Virus record (IMG/VR): IMGVR_UViG_3300034072_000647
Strand: one strand, 5' to 3'
Length of the DNA: 64,000 nucleotides
Source: a virus
Lineage: Duplodnaviria; Heunggongvirae; Uroviricota; Caudoviricetes
The notes below the pieces were generated by a model. The model did not search any database, was not told the DNA's origin, and was given only the letters and a program-made list of their open reading frames with translations. The translations under genes and the position numbers were made by a program. Shown one piece after another: positions 62,204-64,000 of the stretch. Numbering within the stretch: the first letter of the stretch is position 1; each line of letters starts with the position of its first letter.

Positions 62204-63614
62204 CGTAGTAGACACACATATTGTTGAAGACTTGCCGGGGCGTTTTCTCAAGGTACCGATTTCACGGTACCTTGAGACCCTGGCCGAGGGTCGTTATCAG
62301 GGATTTGAGGAGGCGTTGCCTTCTCAGATGGCTTTGATTAATGCGATAAATAAGTATCGCTTTGTTGTTGCGGCATTGTCTCGACGACAGGGGAAGACGT
62401 TTATTGCGAATATCATTGGGCAGTGCGTGACACTGGTTCCTGGTTCGAACGTGTTGATTATGTCACCGAATTACCAGCTGAGCTCGATTTCGTGGGACGA
62501 GCAGCATAAGCTGTTGAAGTTTCATGATATTGAGACGGAGCGCGATAATGCTAAGGACCGAGTGGTTGAGCTGTCGAACGGATCTACGATCCGTATGGGT
62601 TCGATCAATCAGGTTGACTCTAGCGTTGGACGTAGCTACGATTTGATTATTTTCGACGAGGCGGCACTGACTGACGGAATGGAGGCATTCTCGCAGGCTT
62701 TGAGACCTACGTTGGATAAACCGAATTCGAAGGCTATCTTTATTTCGACGCCTCGTGGTAAGTCGAACTGGTTTAGCGTGCTTTATAACCGCGGTTACGA
62801 CATTGGTGAAGATGGCCAGATGCAGAAGTTTCCTGACTGGTGTTCGATTCACGCAACCTGGGCCGATAATCCTAGAATGACTGAGGATGACGTCGCTGAG
62901 GCACGTCGTACAATGTCTAAGGCTCTATTTGAGCAGGAATATGAGGCATCGTTCAACAACTACGAAGGTCAGATTTGGAACTTAACGGACGACTGTATAG
63001 TTGAGGAAGGAGAGACGCATGAAGTATTTCTTGAAGACGATCGCGGGAATCCTGTTACAGCTCCAGACGGCTCGTTTGTTAGCGAGATCAGGCTCAAGCA
63101 TCCCTATCTTCGCGGCAACGATCGCCATAAGTTGGATATCGTCGCGGGTCTAGACCTTGGTTTCAAGGATCCAACGGCAATGTGTGTCATTGGATATGAT
63201 TATGCGGCTGATATTTACTACGTTCTAGACGAGTATTTTGACAACGAGAAGACCACTTCGGGTCACGCGCAGGAAATAGAGCGCTTGATCAAAAAGTGGG
63301 AAATTGACTACGTATTTATCGACTCGGCAGCGCAACAGACTAAGTTCGACCTTGCTAAAGATTACGACATTCCGACAATTAACGCGACTAAATCCGTTAA
63401 TGACGGTATCGGTTTCGTAGCTTCCCTAGTTGATAATAAGAAAGTAATTGTACCAAAGCACTGTCGTGAGGTACTGAGAGCATTTGACGCTTATAAGTGG
63501 GATCCTAATCCTAACCTCGTCAAGGAGAAGCCGAAGCACGATATTGCATCTCACATGGCTGACGCTATTAGATATGCTCTGTACAGCTTCGAATCCTCTG
63601 TAGGAAAGATGTAA
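62178..63614 (+). CDS. Terminase large subunit
   Basis: Walker A-like SRRQGKTF, Walker B LIIFDEAAL, and a C-terminal nuclease-like region. About 480 aa. Confidence 0.9.
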   Translation: MAVKISRADVVDTHIVEDLPGRFLKVPISRYLETLAEGRYQGFEEALPSQMALINAINKYRFVVAALSRRQGKTFIANIIGQCVTLVPGSNVLIMSPNYQLSSISWDEQHKLLKFHDIETERDNAKDRVVELSNGSTIRMGSINQVDSSVGRSYDLIIFDEAALTDGMEAFSQALRPTLDKPNSKAIFISTPRGKSNWFSVLYNRGYDIGEDGQMQKFPDWCSIHATWADNPRMTEDDVAEARRTMSKALFEQEYEASFNNYEGQIWNLTDDCIVEEGETHEVFLEDDRGNPVTAPDGSFVSEIRLKHPYLRGNDRHKLDIVAGLDLGFKDPTAMCVIGYDYAADIYYVLDEYFDNEKTTSGHAQEIERLIKKWEIDYVFIDSAAQQTKFDLAKDYDIPTINATKSVNDGIGFVASLVDNKKVIVPKHCREVLRAFDAYKWDPNPNLVKEKPKHDIASHMADAIRYALYSFESSVGKM

Positions 63615-64000
63615 TGGCAATGACGAATGCCTCTAGATGGTACTGGCTTAAACGCCGTGCCTATAGAGAGAATAAGGAGAATACCGCAGTAGGGAGTAGT
63701 ACTATACTAACCCCTACTAGTACGGCTACAGGAGTGGCGGCGGCCTCCGCCGCGGTGCTAGCGACTAAAGCATATCCCGCGGCTCATCCTTCTGGAGCAA
63801 CTTCGGGTCTATCTATCAAATCGCTGGCAGCCGATACATTCGTAGCAGCTAGATGGCCCGCAGCTCAGATTCCCGCCAATTTCAAGCTGCAGAATGCCCT
63901 AATTGTAGGAATGTGGGTATATTGGGGCGCAAATCAAGGTTCAGTGGCTTTAAGGTTCACTTCGGACAACTTCAGTACTAAAAACAAAACTTTTAGTTGG
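63614..64000 (+). CDS. Hypothetical protein (partial; continues past the window end)
   Basis: ORF with an ATG overlapping the terminase stop. Confidence 0.4.
   Translation, partial: MAMTNASRWYWLKRRAYRENKENTAVGSSTILTPTSTATGVAAASAAVLATKAYPAAHPSGATSGLSIKSLAADTFVAARWPAAQIPANFKLQNALIVGMWVYWGANQGSVALRFTSDNFSTKNKTFSW

Overview
This window looks like part of a large lytic phage genome with a T5-like (Demerecviridae-like) layout. That assignment is an inference from gene content and architecture, not a database hit. Most genes are on the minus strand.

From 1 to about 17 kb there is a very large tRNA cluster with roughly 40 tRNA or tRNA-like genes on the minus strand. Interleaved with the tRNAs are small phage genes: a metallophosphatase, a macro-domain protein, an HD hydrolase, an HNH/Endo VII nuclease, a Ro60/TROVE-vWA (Rsr-like) protein, a secreted subtilisin-like protein and an outer-membrane beta-barrel protein.

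From about 17 to 51 kb there is a dense early region of small genes. Most are preceded by the same consensus sigma70 promoter and a conserved leader, TTGACT-N17-TATAATGAGgCATCAAGAgCGGAGA. Recognisable products include an S-adenosylmethionine decarboxylase (SpeH-like), ThyX, NAD salvage enzymes NadV and NatV split by an HNH homing endonuclease, a HAD 5'-nucleotidase, a PTH2-type peptidyl-tRNA hydrolase, an HExxH peptidase and an SPFH lipoprotein. A plus-strand islet carries dUTPase, a ribosomal protein S21 homolog and a SleB-like cell wall hydrolase.

An ORF-free 1.9 kb island at 34 to 35.9 kb contains decayed or atypical tRNA-like elements. From about 51 to 59.8 kb there is a compositionally distinct GC-rich module that resembles a T5 first-step-transfer (pre-early) region. 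It has an A1-like 554 aa metallophosphoesterase, a Dmp-like HAD phosphatase, dense repeats and palindromes, and nine plus-strand units each consisting of a consensus promoter, a hairpin and a T-tract.

From 60 to 64 kb there is a Myb/T5orf172 (GIY-YIG-like) protein and the start of the late region: a putative small terminase, the large terminase, and a partial downstream ORF.

The tRNA anticodon calls were made by hand-folding and many remain tentative.
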